A stretch of 64,000 nt of DNA from Candidatus Altiarchaeota archaeon. GTDB taxonomy: Archaea > Altiarchaeota > Altiarchaeia > IMC4 > QMZM01. Each line of letters begins with the position of its first letter. Within the stretch, counting starts at the first letter, position 1. Shown piece after piece: positions 29,935 to 40,418 of the stretch. The notes below the pieces were generated by a model. The model did not search any database. It was not told where the DNA came from and saw nothing but the letters and a program-made list of their open reading frames with translations. Made by a program: the position numbers and the translations under genes. The stretch lies in NCBI GenBank assembly GCA_038891095.1, contig JAWAEV010000001.1, forward strand, positions 100,468 to 164,467, given 5' to 3'.

Positions 29935-30216
29935 ATGCAAGAAATTTCTGAAGATAGAATCAAGGCATTAACTAAAAAATCTGAGGAGTATGCAAAGAGA
30001 AATAATCTGATGTTAAATAAAAATAAAAAAGTAGTTGAAGTTATCATAAAGGGTCTTTTGAGAAATGAAGATAAATATGGCGAACTCTACTGCCCTTGCA
30101 GACCAATAACCCAAAACAAGGAAGAAGATAAGAAGATAATATGTCCATGTGTATATCATATGCAGGAGATAAAAGAAATGGGGAAGTGTCATTGTGGTTT
30201 GTTTGTTAAAAAATGA
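29935..30216 (+). CDS. Ferredoxin:thioredoxin reductase catalytic subunit-like
   Basis: CPCR..CPCVYH..CHCGLF motifs; ATG at 29935. Confidence 0.9.
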   Translation: MQEISEDRIKALTKKSEEYAKRNNLMLNKNKKVVEVIIKGLLRNEDKYGELYCPCRPITQNKEEDKKIICPCVYHMQEIKEMGKCHCGLFVKK

Positions 30217-30225
30217 GGTGAAAAA

Positions 30226-30396
30226 ATGGCTGTAAAAGTTGATAGGGAAAAATGTATAGGCTGCGGCACTTGTGCTGCAATTTGCCCAGAAGGTTTTGAA
30301 TTAGATGATGAAGGAAAAGCAAAAGTAAAAAATCCGAAAGCGAAATGTGTTGATGAAGCTATCTCATCTTGTCCAGTAGAGGCGATAAGTAAGTGA
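30226..30396 (+). CDS. Monocluster ferredoxin, 56 aa (not in ORF track)
   Basis: MAVKVDREKCIGCGTCAAICPEGF...CPVEAISK; GAGGTG Shine-Dalgarno just upstream. Confidence 0.92.
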   Translation: MAVKVDREKCIGCGTCAAICPEGFELDDEGKAKVKNPKAKCVDEAISSCPVEAISK

Positions 30397-30572
30397 GCAG
30401 GAGAGTAATAAATTTACGGGAGACTTTTTATAATTTTTACTTTTTATTTTTAATTTCTATAAAAATTTAATGTTAGTGTATATGGAGAGCATCATTTTTT
30501 TATAAGAAAGGTCATTTTCTCTTTTATTTATAAAAACAATAATTATTAGTATTATAAATTGATTGAAACAAA

Positions 30573-30953
30573 ATGGTACTGAAAAGACTTTTATCTAGAG
30601 GAAAACCCGAAGAGGAGGAGGATATAGATATAGAGGAATATTTGAATGATCTGAGCATAAGAGATGGAAAAATAATTGAAAGAGAAGACATAACATATGT
30701 GAAGCCAATTGATTTAGATGCTGAGGGCAAAGGTGTAGGAGCAGTTATAAAAGAGTTAGAAAAGAATAACATTGTTATATTGAATGTTAAAGAGCTTCTG
30801 CACAATAAAGTTTTGCTTAGGGAAATTGTTCAAGAGTTGAAAGACACTTCAATAGAGATGAATGGTGACATAGGCAGAATTTCACCAGAGAAAATTTTAA
30901 TTGTGCCAAGTGGAATGAGAATTGTGCATAGAGGCACTGAAGTTACTGAATGA
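30573..30953 (+). CDS. sepF: Cell division protein SepF
   Basis: YVKPIDL..NIVILNV..GDIGRIS..ILIVPSGMRI. Confidence 0.85.
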   Translation: MVLKRLLSRGKPEEEEDIDIEEYLNDLSIRDGKIIEREDITYVKPIDLDAEGKGVGAVIKELEKNNIVILNVKELLHNKVLLREIVQELKDTSIEMNGDIGRISPEKILIVPSGMRIVHRGTEVTE

Positions 30954-31670
30954 TCAGCCAAATTCCTCAAAAACACTCTCTGAAGGAAATACAACAATTC
31001 CTTTCTCAGTGATTTTCATCGGTCTTAGATGTCTATCAAAATCTGAGCCACGAATTTTTTCTATTGAAATTGCATTTATCATCTCTCCCTTGCTTTCTAA
31101 TAGATGTAGCTTTATTACTCCAGAAGCTAAAAATTCTTCCATATGAATTTCACCATTAACAGATTCTGATGTTAGCAATGTTGTGACGCCGAATTTATAT
31201 AGAAATTCCATCAAAGAGAGAAGTTCTCTTCTTAATTCACCCTCAGATTCAGAAAGCATTTTTATGCTTGTTATTGAATCTATAACAATTCTCCTTGGAT
31301 TATAAGTGTCAATCTTTTCTTTTATAACTTTCATTAAATTCATAAGAGTGAATTCTGGTTTTGATATCACATTGTCAACCTTTATAAGCCATTTATCACT
31401 TCCTAACTCTCGTGTGGTTTCTAAAATTTTTATTTTTGATGTATCCCAACCAAAAACGCTCATATCCTCTTTAATTTGTTCAGCAGTTTCTTCTAAAGCA
31501 ACATATAACCCACGCTCATGCTCTTCAACACCTTTCATTAGAAATTGCATGCAAAGAATTGTTTTTCCTGCTCCTGGCTCGCCGCAAACAACATAGGGCC
31601 TACCTTCTATCAAACCACCATGAAGCATCTCATCCAAACCATCAATTCCAGTTTTAATTTTTTTCAGCAT
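30954..31670 (-). CDS. KaiC/RAD55-like single-domain ATPase
   Basis: TGIDGLDEML, GEPGAGKT, RIVIDS, EKIRGS. Confidence 0.9.
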   Translation of the reverse strand: MLKKIKTGIDGLDEMLHGGLIEGRPYVVCGEPGAGKTILCMQFLMKGVEEHERGLYVALEETAEQIKEDMSVFGWDTSKIKILETTRELGSDKWLIKVDNVISKPEFTLMNLMKVIKEKIDTYNPRRIVIDSITSIKMLSESEGELRRELLSLMEFLYKFGVTTLLTSESVNGEIHMEEFLASGVIKLHLLESKGEMINAISIEKIRGSDFDRHLRPMKITEKGIVVFPSESVFEEFG

Positions 31671-31736
31671 TTCATAAATAATTTTGTTTTTACTTTAATA
31701 TATATTTTGGCTTTCTCAATAAAACAACAAATTAGT

Positions 31737-32279
31737 CTATCTGAGGGGTATCCTCTTAATAAGAGAATAAATTGGGCCTCTTTGTTTTAACTCACTTTTC
31801 ATTATATCTATTGATTCAACATAAAAACTACCAAATTCCTTGCCTTTATATTTATTCAAAATTTCTCTCATTTTTATCTTGTCAATCCATTTAACTCTTG
31901 CCAATGTTATATGTGAATGAAAGTTCTTTTCTTTTTTAAATTCAAGTTTAGATAACACTTGCTCAACTAAATTTTGAAGTTCTCTAATCTTTTCATCTCC
32001 CTTGCTTATGCCGACCCATATAACTCTAACATAACTTTCTGAGGGAAAAACACCTATTGAAGCTAAAGATAAGTTAAATCTTTTAAACTTTATACTTTCA
32101 AGAGCCTCTATAACTTTGTTTTTTTCTTCATCAGAAATTTCTCCTAAAAATTTCAAAGTGAGATGAAGATTTTCCTTTTCAACTAATTTAAATTTTCCTA
32201 TCTGAGAGAATTCACTTTGCAAATTTAGAAGTATGTCTTTTAATTCATTTGGTACAGGTATTGCTATAAAAACTCGCAT
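31737..32279 (-). CDS. thpR: RNA 2',3'-cyclic phosphodiesterase (2H family)
   Basis: HLTLKFLG and HITLAR motifs. Confidence 0.9.
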   Translation of the reverse strand: MRVFIAIPVPNELKDILLNLQSEFSQIGKFKLVEKENLHLTLKFLGEISDEEKNKVIEALESIKFKRFNLSLASIGVFPSESYVRVIWVGISKGDEKIRELQNLVEQVLSKLEFKKEKNFHSHITLARVKWIDKIKMREILNKYKGKEFGSFYVESIDIMKSELKQRGPIYSLIKRIPLR

Positions 32280-32332
32280 ATATTTAATTCATCTTTAATA
32301 CTTAAATCTAATAATATAAGGATATAAGGAGA

Positions 32333-32677
32333 ATGTTTCCTCGTGGCATAAATCCAAGGCAAATGCAGCAAATGATGAAAAAACTTGGAATTAAAACTGA
32401 AGAAATTAATGCTGAAAGTGTCGTAATTCATTCAAGTGAGAAGGATATTATCATTGAAAATCCTCAGGTTGTGAAAACAGTGATGCAAGGACAAGAAATT
32501 TTTCAGATTTCTGGAAATGTCAAAGAGCAGACAAAAAATTCTGAAAAGGTTAGTATCAGCGAAGAGGACATAAAAATTGTGATGGAGCAAGCAAAAGTTT
32601 CTAAAGAAAAAGCAAAAGAAGCTTTAGAAAAAACTAATGGGGATATCGCTGAGGCTATAATAAATTTGAAAAGTTAG
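32333..32677 (+). CDS. nac: Nascent polypeptide-associated complex protein
   Basis: NPRQMQQMMKKLGI; C-terminal UBA GDIAEAI. Confidence 0.92.
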   Translation: MFPRGINPRQMQQMMKKLGIKTEEINAESVVIHSSEKDIIIENPQVVKTVMQGQEIFQISGNVKEQTKNSEKVSISEEDIKIVMEQAKVSKEKAKEALEKTNGDIAEAIINLKS

Positions 32678-32778
32678 CATCTCTCTTTTATGAGATGAAG
32701 TTGGCTTGAATTAGTTTGGATTACACTTTTGTTATTTTTACTCCAGTAGCTAGTATTAATTTATTCCCAGCCTTAAAA

Positions 32779-34566
32779 ATGTGTGGAATTGGAGGTTATA
32801 TCGGTAAGAAAACAAATGGAAAAATTCTTTTTGATATGCTAAAAAGGTTAGAATATAGAGGCTATGACTCAGCAGGAATTGCATACATTTCTGCTGATGG
32901 AAAAATTTTATTTGCGAAAGATAAAGGCAAGATAAACGAGCTTGAAAAGAAAGTTAATCTGGAGAAAATTTATTTTTCAGTTGGGGTAGCACACACAAGA
33001 TGGGCAACTCATGGTGTTCCCAGTAAAGAGAATGCACATCCACATTTTGATTGTAAGAAAAATTTTGCTTTGGTGCATAATGGCATTATAGAAAATTACA
33101 AAAATTTGAGAGAGGTGCTAAAGCAAAAAGGACATAATTTTTCATCAGAAACTGACACTGAAATTATTGCGCATTTAATTGAAGAATTTTACAAGGAAGA
33201 AAAAAATTTTGAGACAGCATTTGTAAAAGCAATGAAAGAGATTAAAGGAAGTTTTGCTATTGCTGCAATATCAACATTTGAAAATGACAAAATTTTAATA
33301 GCAAGGAATGAAAGTCCGCTCATAGTTGGTTTAGCCAATGGTGAAAATTTTATAGCATCTGACATACCTGCAATCTTGCCAAAGACAAAGAGGATAATAA
33401 TTTTAGATGATTTTGAGTATGGTGTGGTGACAAAAGATAGCATAAAGATAATGAGCATATGGAATAGAAGCGAAATTAAAAAGCAAATACATGAAGTGAA
33501 ATGGAAAATTGAAGATGCAGAAAAATCAGGCTATGAACATTTCATGCTAAAGGAGATTCATGAAGGGCCAACTGCTGTAAAAAATGCATTAAGAGAGAAA
33601 GAAAAAATATGGGAGATTGCTAAAAAAATTTCAAATAAAAAGAGAATTTACTTTATTGGCTGTGGAACAGCATGGCATGCTGCCTTAGCAGGAAAATACC
33701 TTCTTGAGAGATTTGGAATTTTTTCTGATGCAGTTGTTGGCTCAGAATTTAGGTACTCAACTGTAAATACAATTGATGAAGATTGCGCAGTTATTGCAAT
33801 TTCTCAATCAGGTGAAACAACTGATACGATAGCGTCAGTAAGAGAAGCAAAAAAGAGAGGAGCTTTTATTGTTTCAATAGTTAATGTTCTTGGCTCAACT
33901 TTAACAAGAATTTCTGATGAGAATATTTTCATTCATTCAGGTCCTGAAATAGCAGTTGCATCAACTAAGGCATATATAGGACAGTTAACATCTATAACTC
34001 TCTTATCACTTGAAATTGCAAGAGAAAATAAAAAAATTGATAGTGAAACCTTAGAAAAAAATTTAAATGAATTTGAAGAATTACCAAAAAAAATCGAGGA
34101 AATTCTAAATGAAAAAGAAAAAATTAAAAAACTTGCTGAGAAATTTTACAAGAAGAGAATATTTTTCTACATCGGCAGAAGATTGGGCTACGGAACAGCA
34201 TTAGAAGGTGCATTAAAAATTAAAGAGATAAGTTATGTGCATGCTGAAGCTTATCCTGCTGGAGAAATGAAGCATGGGCCAATAGCATTACTCGATGAAG
34301 GAGTTCCTGTTATAGCAATTTCTCCAATCAATGAACTAAATGAGAAAATGGAAAGCAACATACAAGAGGCAAAAGCAAGAAAGGCGTCAGTCATTGTAAT
34401 TTCAGAAAAAAATGGTAGTGACATAGAAATTCCAAAAGTAAATCCTTTGCTTTCACCAATTCTCTACATAGTACCACTGCATTTATTTGCTTATTATATC
34501 TCTACTCTAAAAGGTTTGGATCCGGACAAACCAAGAAATTTAGCAAAGAGTGTGACTGTTGAATAA
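32779..34566 (+). CDS. glmS: Glutamine--fructose-6-phosphate transaminase
   Basis: True start MCGI (N-terminal catalytic Cys); RGYDSAG, HTRWATHG, PRNLAKSVTVE. Confidence 0.97.
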   Translation: MCGIGGYIGKKTNGKILFDMLKRLEYRGYDSAGIAYISADGKILFAKDKGKINELEKKVNLEKIYFSVGVAHTRWATHGVPSKENAHPHFDCKKNFALVHNGIIENYKNLREVLKQKGHNFSSETDTEIIAHLIEEFYKEEKNFETAFVKAMKEIKGSFAIAAISTFENDKILIARNESPLIVGLANGENFIASDIPAILPKTKRIIILDDFEYGVVTKDSIKIMSIWNRSEIKKQIHEVKWKIEDAEKSGYEHFMLKEIHEGPTAVKNALREKEKIWEIAKKISNKKRIYFIGCGTAWHAALAGKYLLERFGIFSDAVVGSEFRYSTVNTIDEDCAVIAISQSGETTDTIASVREAKKRGAFIVSIVNVLGSTLTRISDENIFIHSGPEIAVASTKAYIGQLTSITLLSLEIARENKKIDSETLEKNLNEFEELPKKIEEILNEKEKIKKLAEKFYKKRIFFYIGRRLGYGTALEGALKIKEISYVHAEAYPAGEMKHGPIALLDEGVPVIAISPINELNEKMESNIQEAKARKASVIVISEKNGSDIEIPKVNPLLSPILYIVPLHLFAYYISTLKGLDPDKPRNLAKSVTVE

Positions 34567-34587
34567 GCTATTAAACTTCTTCATTTT

Positions 34588-36156
34588 TTAACCATAATAT
34601 TTCTTAACTTCATATTCATAGATAATTTCTTTCTTCTCCCATGCATTAAGTTTTAGATTATCCCACTTTAATGAGTAGAGTTTTATCTCTGTTGGCTTTA
34701 TTGTTGATGAAAGCAAATTAACTTCAGAACCTGATTGCATTTCATCTTTTATTAACATTGTTACATCAGAATCTTTATGGTTTTCAAGAGACAATTTAAC
34801 TTTATAATATGTTTTAGTTGCATATGTTCTACCATAAGTTGTAGAATATTCCTCAGGTAATTTTTCTTCTTTTCTTTCCAAAATTTCCTTCTTGACAATA
34901 ATATCTGGGGCTTTAGCAACTTTCACTTCAACACTTGCTTTTTTTGCAGTGTATTTTATTTTATCCTGTCCTTCAAATTCTCCCTTTAAGTAGACTGAAA
35001 ATACTCCCTCAGCAAGTGGCACATCTAAGGTATTATTTATCTCATAAATTTTATAAACTTCATTAGCTAAATTTGCATTCCATAAGTATTTTCTTTTGAA
35101 TTTTATATCTCTTGAAAAAATTGGTAAATTTTTACTTTCTGAGGCATTTATTGTTACTGGTTCTTCAAAAGAGTAAATACAAAACTCTCCTAAGGATTCA
35201 GGAACTAATTCCTCTTCAACAAATGGAGCTCCTACTTCTTCATATACAGCTGCTTCTTTTAGGTATTGAGCTCTATATGTTGGTGCTGGAGCATAAACTG
35301 GCCTATAGCTATAGTAAATTATTATATTTGGATAACCAACAACCAATTTTAATTCAATGTTATTCCAATTTTCATTTCCATTATTCTTAACAAATGCCCA
35401 ACTCTGTAAAGTCCCAAAGTCTTCATCCTTTTCTGAGTTAATATAAAATTTGTAATTTACATCCCAATTTATGCCTTCTCTGAGGTATGATAAGAAGAGA
35501 TTGTGCATACCTTTGTAAGTTGGAATTTCCTTTATTATAAGCGCAGGTATAATTATGCTATTATTTTCAGATTTTTCTCTTTTTTCAACATTTGCATTTG
35601 GAATTAAAAATTCTTTGACATCGTAAAGATTCAAAAATAGCACACCATCAAGATATTCAATTCCAATTTTATCTTTCTCTTTGCTCAGCCATACTAACTT
35701 TCCAATGAATGAACTATTGTCAATTTTAACTTTAATTTCTTTGCCTAAACTCTCATTTAAAATTTCTTCAAACTCAGGAGTAACATTTTCTTTAATCTCC
35801 TCTATCTTTTCAACATCTTTAAAGTAAAATTCCTTCAAGGAAGCTTTATCATCATAAATAAGTAAAGAGTCCTTAATTGGTTGAGTAAAATTTAAAATTT
35901 CTAAAACAATAACCTCTGCATTTTCATCAGAATTAAAAGTCCCATGTCTTTTAATAAATGCTATATTGTTGCTATAGGCCGTAACTGAAATTACTGGTGC
36001 ATTAATACTATAATTTTTTTCTTTTGCTAGAGATGTGTCTTTAACCTCAGGTTGACGCTTAACAAAATTAAAGATATCTCCAAAAGCTGCCATCACTGCA
36101 ACTGAAAAAATCAAGATAATAAAAAGCCAGATAAAAATTTTTTTTGTGCTTTTCAT
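34588..36156 (-). CDS. DUF4139-like exported protein
   Basis: VTAYSNNIAFI; LSYL..INWDVNY; NNGNENWNNIELKLVVG. Confidence 0.7.
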   Translation of the reverse strand: MKSTKKIFIWLFIILIFSVAVMAAFGDIFNFVKRQPEVKDTSLAKEKNYSINAPVISVTAYSNNIAFIKRHGTFNSDENAEVIVLEILNFTQPIKDSLLIYDDKASLKEFYFKDVEKIEEIKENVTPEFEEILNESLGKEIKVKIDNSSFIGKLVWLSKEKDKIGIEYLDGVLFLNLYDVKEFLIPNANVEKREKSENNSIIIPALIIKEIPTYKGMHNLFLSYLREGINWDVNYKFYINSEKDEDFGTLQSWAFVKNNGNENWNNIELKLVVGYPNIIIYYSYRPVYAPAPTYRAQYLKEAAVYEEVGAPFVEEELVPESLGEFCIYSFEEPVTINASESKNLPIFSRDIKFKRKYLWNANLANEVYKIYEINNTLDVPLAEGVFSVYLKGEFEGQDKIKYTAKKASVEVKVAKAPDIIVKKEILERKEEKLPEEYSTTYGRTYATKTYYKVKLSLENHKDSDVTMLIKDEMQSGSEVNLLSSTIKPTEIKLYSLKWDNLKLNAWEKKEIIYEYEVKKYYG

Positions 36157-36249
36157 TTTAGTTGTAAACCTCCTTACTAATTTTTTCTCTAACTCGTTAC
36201 ATTTTTAAAAATAAAATTTTTGAGTTTACCTTTTGTAATACCTATTATT

Positions 36250-36813
36250 TCATCGCTTTAATACCTTAGTAATATTCTTTTTCTTTATTAAATATCCTAC
36301 ACAAATGCATATTATTAAAATTAAGATAGCAAGCCATGCTAATTCTAAGTAAGGAAATTTAAGGGCTTCTCCTTTTATAGTTTCTGTAGATGACATTAAT
36401 GCTTCTTTGTTGAAATACCTTAAAGTTTCAATTTCTCCCTTTTGAATTTCTCCAGTATGGGAGATAAATTCCCTGAAATTTAAAAATAGTTTATGTAATG
36501 CCACTATCATAGCAAAAAATGCAGTTGAGAGCACTATCCAAACTTTTGTTTCATATGGATTTAAAATTTTTTTGCCTTTTCTTGTTAGCTTATAGTATTT
36601 CCATTTCATACCTTTATCAACAATTTGGATTAAATTAGCCTCCAGTAATTTATCAAGATGCTCTTTTACTGTTGATGGCGACATTTCAAGCTCATTTGCT
36701 AAATCTGTTAAAGTTTGCTGATGCTCCTCAATTTTTCTTAAAATTAATATTCTTGTCTCTGATGCAAGAGCTTTAAAAGTTTTCCTATCTAATGTGATTT
36801 TTTCTTCAATCAT
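36250..36813 (-). CDS. ArsR-like winged-helix regulator with two C-terminal TM helices
   Basis: FKALASETRILIL..STVKEHL..KWKYYKLT; two hydrophobic segments. Confidence 0.85.
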   Translation of the reverse strand: MIEEKITLDRKTFKALASETRILILRKIEEHQQTLTDLANELEMSPSTVKEHLDKLLEANLIQIVDKGMKWKYYKLTRKGKKILNPYETKVWIVLSTAFFAMIVALHKLFLNFREFISHTGEIQKGEIETLRYFNKEALMSSTETIKGEALKFPYLELAWLAILILIICICVGYLIKKKNITKVLKR

Positions 36814-38003
36814 TTTTTTGATCTCTCAACAATACACCTCTCATCAACGCAAGAACATTTACCTGCGCCACAATCAATTGGTCCTTCACAAACCATAGTG
36901 CAAAAAATTCCTTCACAATTTGGAGCAAATTTTTTATTAACACAAGAGGTTGGATGGCAACATTGCTCTGGAATGCAATCTGAATCTTTCTCACAGAAAA
37001 GTTTCTCACAATTTTTTTGGCATTCCTCCAAAGTATCAAACAGTGCTACACCATCACAATAAATAAATTCCTTGCAAATTCCTTCATTTGAATCAAAATA
37101 ATATCCTTTAAAATATGCCTCACATGATCCACTCTCAGGTTTCAACTTACATCGGTTAATTGTATACAAACAACCTTCACTTCTTGTTCCAATAGCAACA
37201 CACTCATCCTCTGTTATATCAGAATTATCATCACAACCTTTTTCAGCACATTTTTCGTAACGGAAACAAGTATCATCTGTCTTCCTAATCCAATTTCCTT
37301 TTGGGCAGATATGCTCTAAACAAGGATCTCTAATAAAAGTTAAATTAACACATTTTCCAGATATGCATTTATGATAAGGGTCAACTCCATCAGAACACAT
37401 ACTTTCTTCTTTAGCACAATCAATATCATAAGAGCAAAATTTTTCTTTTTCTTCTTGTTTACATTCTCCTCTAAAAAAAGCCCATTCTTCACATTCAGTC
37501 CCATCAGAGAAAACACAAACACCGTATTCATTTCCATCTTGATCCTTTCTTATTTTTAAGATACCGCCTTGTTTTTCACAATAAACTGATGCAGGATTTT
37601 GAATTTCACTAATAAATTTTTTATTTAATTCATCCCATATATCATCTAAAATTGCTGAAGTAATTTTTCCTTCTTGAACTATGATCTTAGCTCTATGCTT
37701 AGTTATAACTTGCGCAAGAGTTTGCCCTGTTCTATTGCCATAGCTTTCATGCCTTGAGAAAAATTCAAAAGTAAAGGTCCAACAATGTGGACATTCCATA
37801 GTTATTGTCTCTAAATGCCTTAAATCAAAACCATCAAATTTATATGTCTCAGAATTAATTAGAAAATTTTCAGCTATTTTCAAACTTTCATTTTCATTAA
37901 ATTCAATTTTCTTTTCAATACAACTTAAAGCAAGAACAAGAAACAGAAAAAATCCAAAAGAAAAAATCCAAATTTCTCTTTCAAGTTTCATCTTAAACTT
38001 CAA
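36810..38003 (-). CDS. Probable lipoprotein with DUF333, Kunitz/BPTI-like and Cys-cluster domains
   Basis: LALSC lipobox; NPASVYCEKQGG..CEEWAFFRGEC; CKLKPESGSCEAYF..CKEFIYC..FDTLEECQKNC. Confidence 0.8.
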   Translation of the reverse strand: MKFKMKLEREIWIFSFGFFLFLVLALSCIEKKIEFNENESLKIAENFLINSETYKFDGFDLRHLETITMECPHCWTFTFEFFSRHESYGNRTGQTLAQVITKHRAKIIVQEGKITSAILDDIWDELNKKFISEIQNPASVYCEKQGGILKIRKDQDGNEYGVCVFSDGTECEEWAFFRGECKQEEKEKFCSYDIDCAKEESMCSDGVDPYHKCISGKCVNLTFIRDPCLEHICPKGNWIRKTDDTCFRYEKCAEKGCDDNSDITEDECVAIGTRSEGCLYTINRCKLKPESGSCEAYFKGYYFDSNEGICKEFIYCDGVALFDTLEECQKNCEKLFCEKDSDCIPEQCCHPTSCVNKKFAPNCEGIFCTMVCEGPIDCGAGKCSCVDERCIVERSKK

Positions 38004-39262
38004 TCAGTTAAAATTTTTTCTATAGGAGAAGCATAGTATCGTGGTTGCTGGAAAAATAAAACTCCAAAAATTAAAAAAGCAACTAAAAATATGAATAACC
38101 AAACTGCACTCATTATGAAAGTTAGCAATCCTTCTAAAACTCCATATTTCGCTCCAACATAAATACTTGGACCGAATAATACAATTGTCATTATTAAAAT
38201 TCCGAATAGCATAAATAAGGGAGTTATCATTATGTAGGAGCTATAATAAAACAAACCAAAAAACCAGCCACTTAAAAACATCAAAGCAAAGAAAGTTATG
38301 CTCACCAACGCTGCAGAAATAAAACCAAAAATTGTTGCTCTAATAAAAATTTTTCCATAGTCATGTGCTTGTTCTTCTCCCTTTGTGAAAACTTTTTTTG
38401 GAGCAAATGCATTTTTAATTTTTTTCCATAGGAAAAATTTTATTGATAATAAAAGAAGGGTTATCACTACAAAGACCAATAAAATTTCCCAAAAATAAAG
38501 TTTCCATGCGGCATTAGAAAATTTTCCTCTTACATGGAAACTTTCAAATGGGTCTAAATTATGTGCATTTCTCACTAAACCACTAGCATAAGTAATTCTC
38601 GAAGAAAAATCAGAAAGTGCACTACTTTGAATTCCAGATTCAGGAATTTTCATAGTTTCAAAAGTTGTGAAATAATCAGGTTTATACTCTACATTTGCTT
38701 TGCCTCCTTTCAAAATTAAACCTTCTTGAACATTTATTGCAACTCTGACATTCTGAATTAATGCAGCATTTTTATCAATAATTGTTTCAAAATCAAATTC
38801 ATGATTGCCAAGAAAATCAACTTTTGTTGCTTTTGGAATTTTATATAAAAGAATAATGCTAGTTTGATTTTGAATTCCAACAATCTCTGGTAATTTTAAT
38901 TTTAAAATTGTTGAAGAAGAAGTTTGCTCTTTCTCATATTTTATTGGATAAAATGTAGACCCATAGTAGTAATTATATTCATAGTAGGGATATCTTTTAC
39001 CTTCATAAACTTCTTGGACTAAGTTGTAAATTGAGATAAAAGCTGGAATTTCCAGAGTTATCTCCTTTAAATTCTCGTTCTTTGTGTTTAGAATTACCAA
39101 TTTTGCAGCAACTATCGCATCACCTTCTTCATCATAAATAATAGAATAGTAATCATATGTATGCAAATAGTTTTTACTTTCGATATAGCCACTAAGTGCA
39201 AATGAAAAACCCAAAATTCCAAAAATCAAAAAAATCCAAAATTTAGAAATTTTAGTTTTCAT
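38000..39262 (-). CDS. Hypothetical membrane protein (exported domain + multi-TM C-terminus)
   Basis: Long ORF; signal peptide and several TM helices; ATGA-coupled to the next gene. Confidence 0.75.
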   Translation of the reverse strand: MKTKISKFWIFLIFGILGFSFALSGYIESKNYLHTYDYYSIIYDEEGDAIVAAKLVILNTKNENLKEITLEIPAFISIYNLVQEVYEGKRYPYYEYNYYYGSTFYPIKYEKEQTSSSTILKLKLPEIVGIQNQTSIILLYKIPKATKVDFLGNHEFDFETIIDKNAALIQNVRVAINVQEGLILKGGKANVEYKPDYFTTFETMKIPESGIQSSALSDFSSRITYASGLVRNAHNLDPFESFHVRGKFSNAAWKLYFWEILLVFVVITLLLLSIKFFLWKKIKNAFAPKKVFTKGEEQAHDYGKIFIRATIFGFISAALVSITFFALMFLSGWFFGLFYYSSYIMITPLFMLFGILIMTIVLFGPSIYVGAKYGVLEGLLTFIMSAVWLFIFLVAFLIFGVLFFQQPRYYASPIEKILTD

Positions 39263-39331
39263 TTTTTCATTTTTTGTTATGTTTTACACTTATATAATAA
39301 GAGTTAGATATATAAACAGTTTTCTGTTTTT

Positions 39332-40417
39332 TTAGGAAAAAACCGAATTAATTTTAACGATTTTCATATACCTTCTAAAAAAGATAAAAAACCCAAATGC
39401 TGAAAGAATACTTGCAAAATACATCAATTCCCTAAAACTAAAGACTTCAGATATAAAGCCGCCAAAAAAAGGACCAACAACACTAGAAAGAGCAGTTATT
39501 GAATTAAATATTCCTATAGATGTTGCCTTTTCAACATTTCTATCCATGAGATATATAAGAGAGCCAACATAAAGAAAAGCCCAAGAAATTCCAAGAAGAA
39601 TTTGTATTGGTATAACCTCAGTATAACTCTTTGTTAATGAGTAAAGAAAAAAAACAAATGTTGATAGTGCTAAACCAATATAAATAATTTTCTCACTCTT
39701 AAATTTATCTGAAATTCTCATGAAAATAAATTGAGTTAAATAGTTAACAACATAAAGCATTGCAATCCAAAATTTGTCAGCTCCTAAGCTAAACAAATAT
39801 AAAGGAAAGACAGCCCATATAGACATTGCTCCTAAATATCTAAAAAAGAATGCTAAATAGACAGAAAAATTTTTTCTTATTAACTTAACTGGGAAAAAAG
39901 GTACTGAAATTTTCTCATGAGTCATTTTAAGTTTGAATGAAAGGAAAAATGCTATGAAAAACAAAAAGGATGAAAGAATAAAAATGCCATGATAAGATGT
40001 AACAATTCCAGCAATAAAAGTTCCAAATGCCCAACCCAAGGAACCATATGAGCTAAATCTACCTATTTTTTTCTTCCTATCATGAACATGTGAAATTAAA
40101 GCTGAAGGATAAATTCCAATGCTAATGCCATTTAAAATTCTAATTATCAGGAGAGTTATTTTATCAACTATAAAAATTTGCATAAAAAAAGTTATTGCTG
40201 AAATAATTAATCCTGACCTTAAAATTAATTCTCTTTCGTGGATATCGGCAAATCTTCCAAAAACATATGATGAAAGAAGAAATGCAAGTCCATATACTGC
40301 GACAATTATTCCAACTTCAAATTTTGAGGCATTTAGTTCATTAGCAAGTAGTGGTATGAAAGTATAGGACGCCATTGATGCAGCATAAGTTAGAAATTGA
40401 ATTGTACTAGCTCTCAT
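39332..40417 (-). CDS. MFS transporter
   Basis: Many TM helices; motif-A-like GRFADIHERE. Confidence 0.88.
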   Translation of the reverse strand: MRASTIQFLTYAASMASYTFIPLLANELNASKFEVGIIVAVYGLAFLLSSYVFGRFADIHERELILRSGLIISAITFFMQIFIVDKITLLIIRILNGISIGIYPSALISHVHDRKKKIGRFSSYGSLGWAFGTFIAGIVTSYHGIFILSSFLFFIAFFLSFKLKMTHEKISVPFFPVKLIRKNFSVYLAFFFRYLGAMSIWAVFPLYLFSLGADKFWIAMLYVVNYLTQFIFMRISDKFKSEKIIYIGLALSTFVFFLYSLTKSYTEVIPIQILLGISWAFLYVGSLIYLMDRNVEKATSIGIFNSITALSSVVGPFFGGFISEVFSFRELMYFASILSAFGFFIFFRRYMKIVKINSVFS

Positions 40418-40418
40418 T

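Noticed and set aside
30954-31670. KaiC-like ATPase as the secretion motor or a circadian clock
   Set aside because: Single-domain RAD55/KaiC family protein common in archaea; not VirB4-like; no kaiA/kaiB nearby
32716-32778. N-terminal extension of GlmS in the ORF track
   Set aside because: GlmS needs an N-terminal Cys; the real start is ATG 32779
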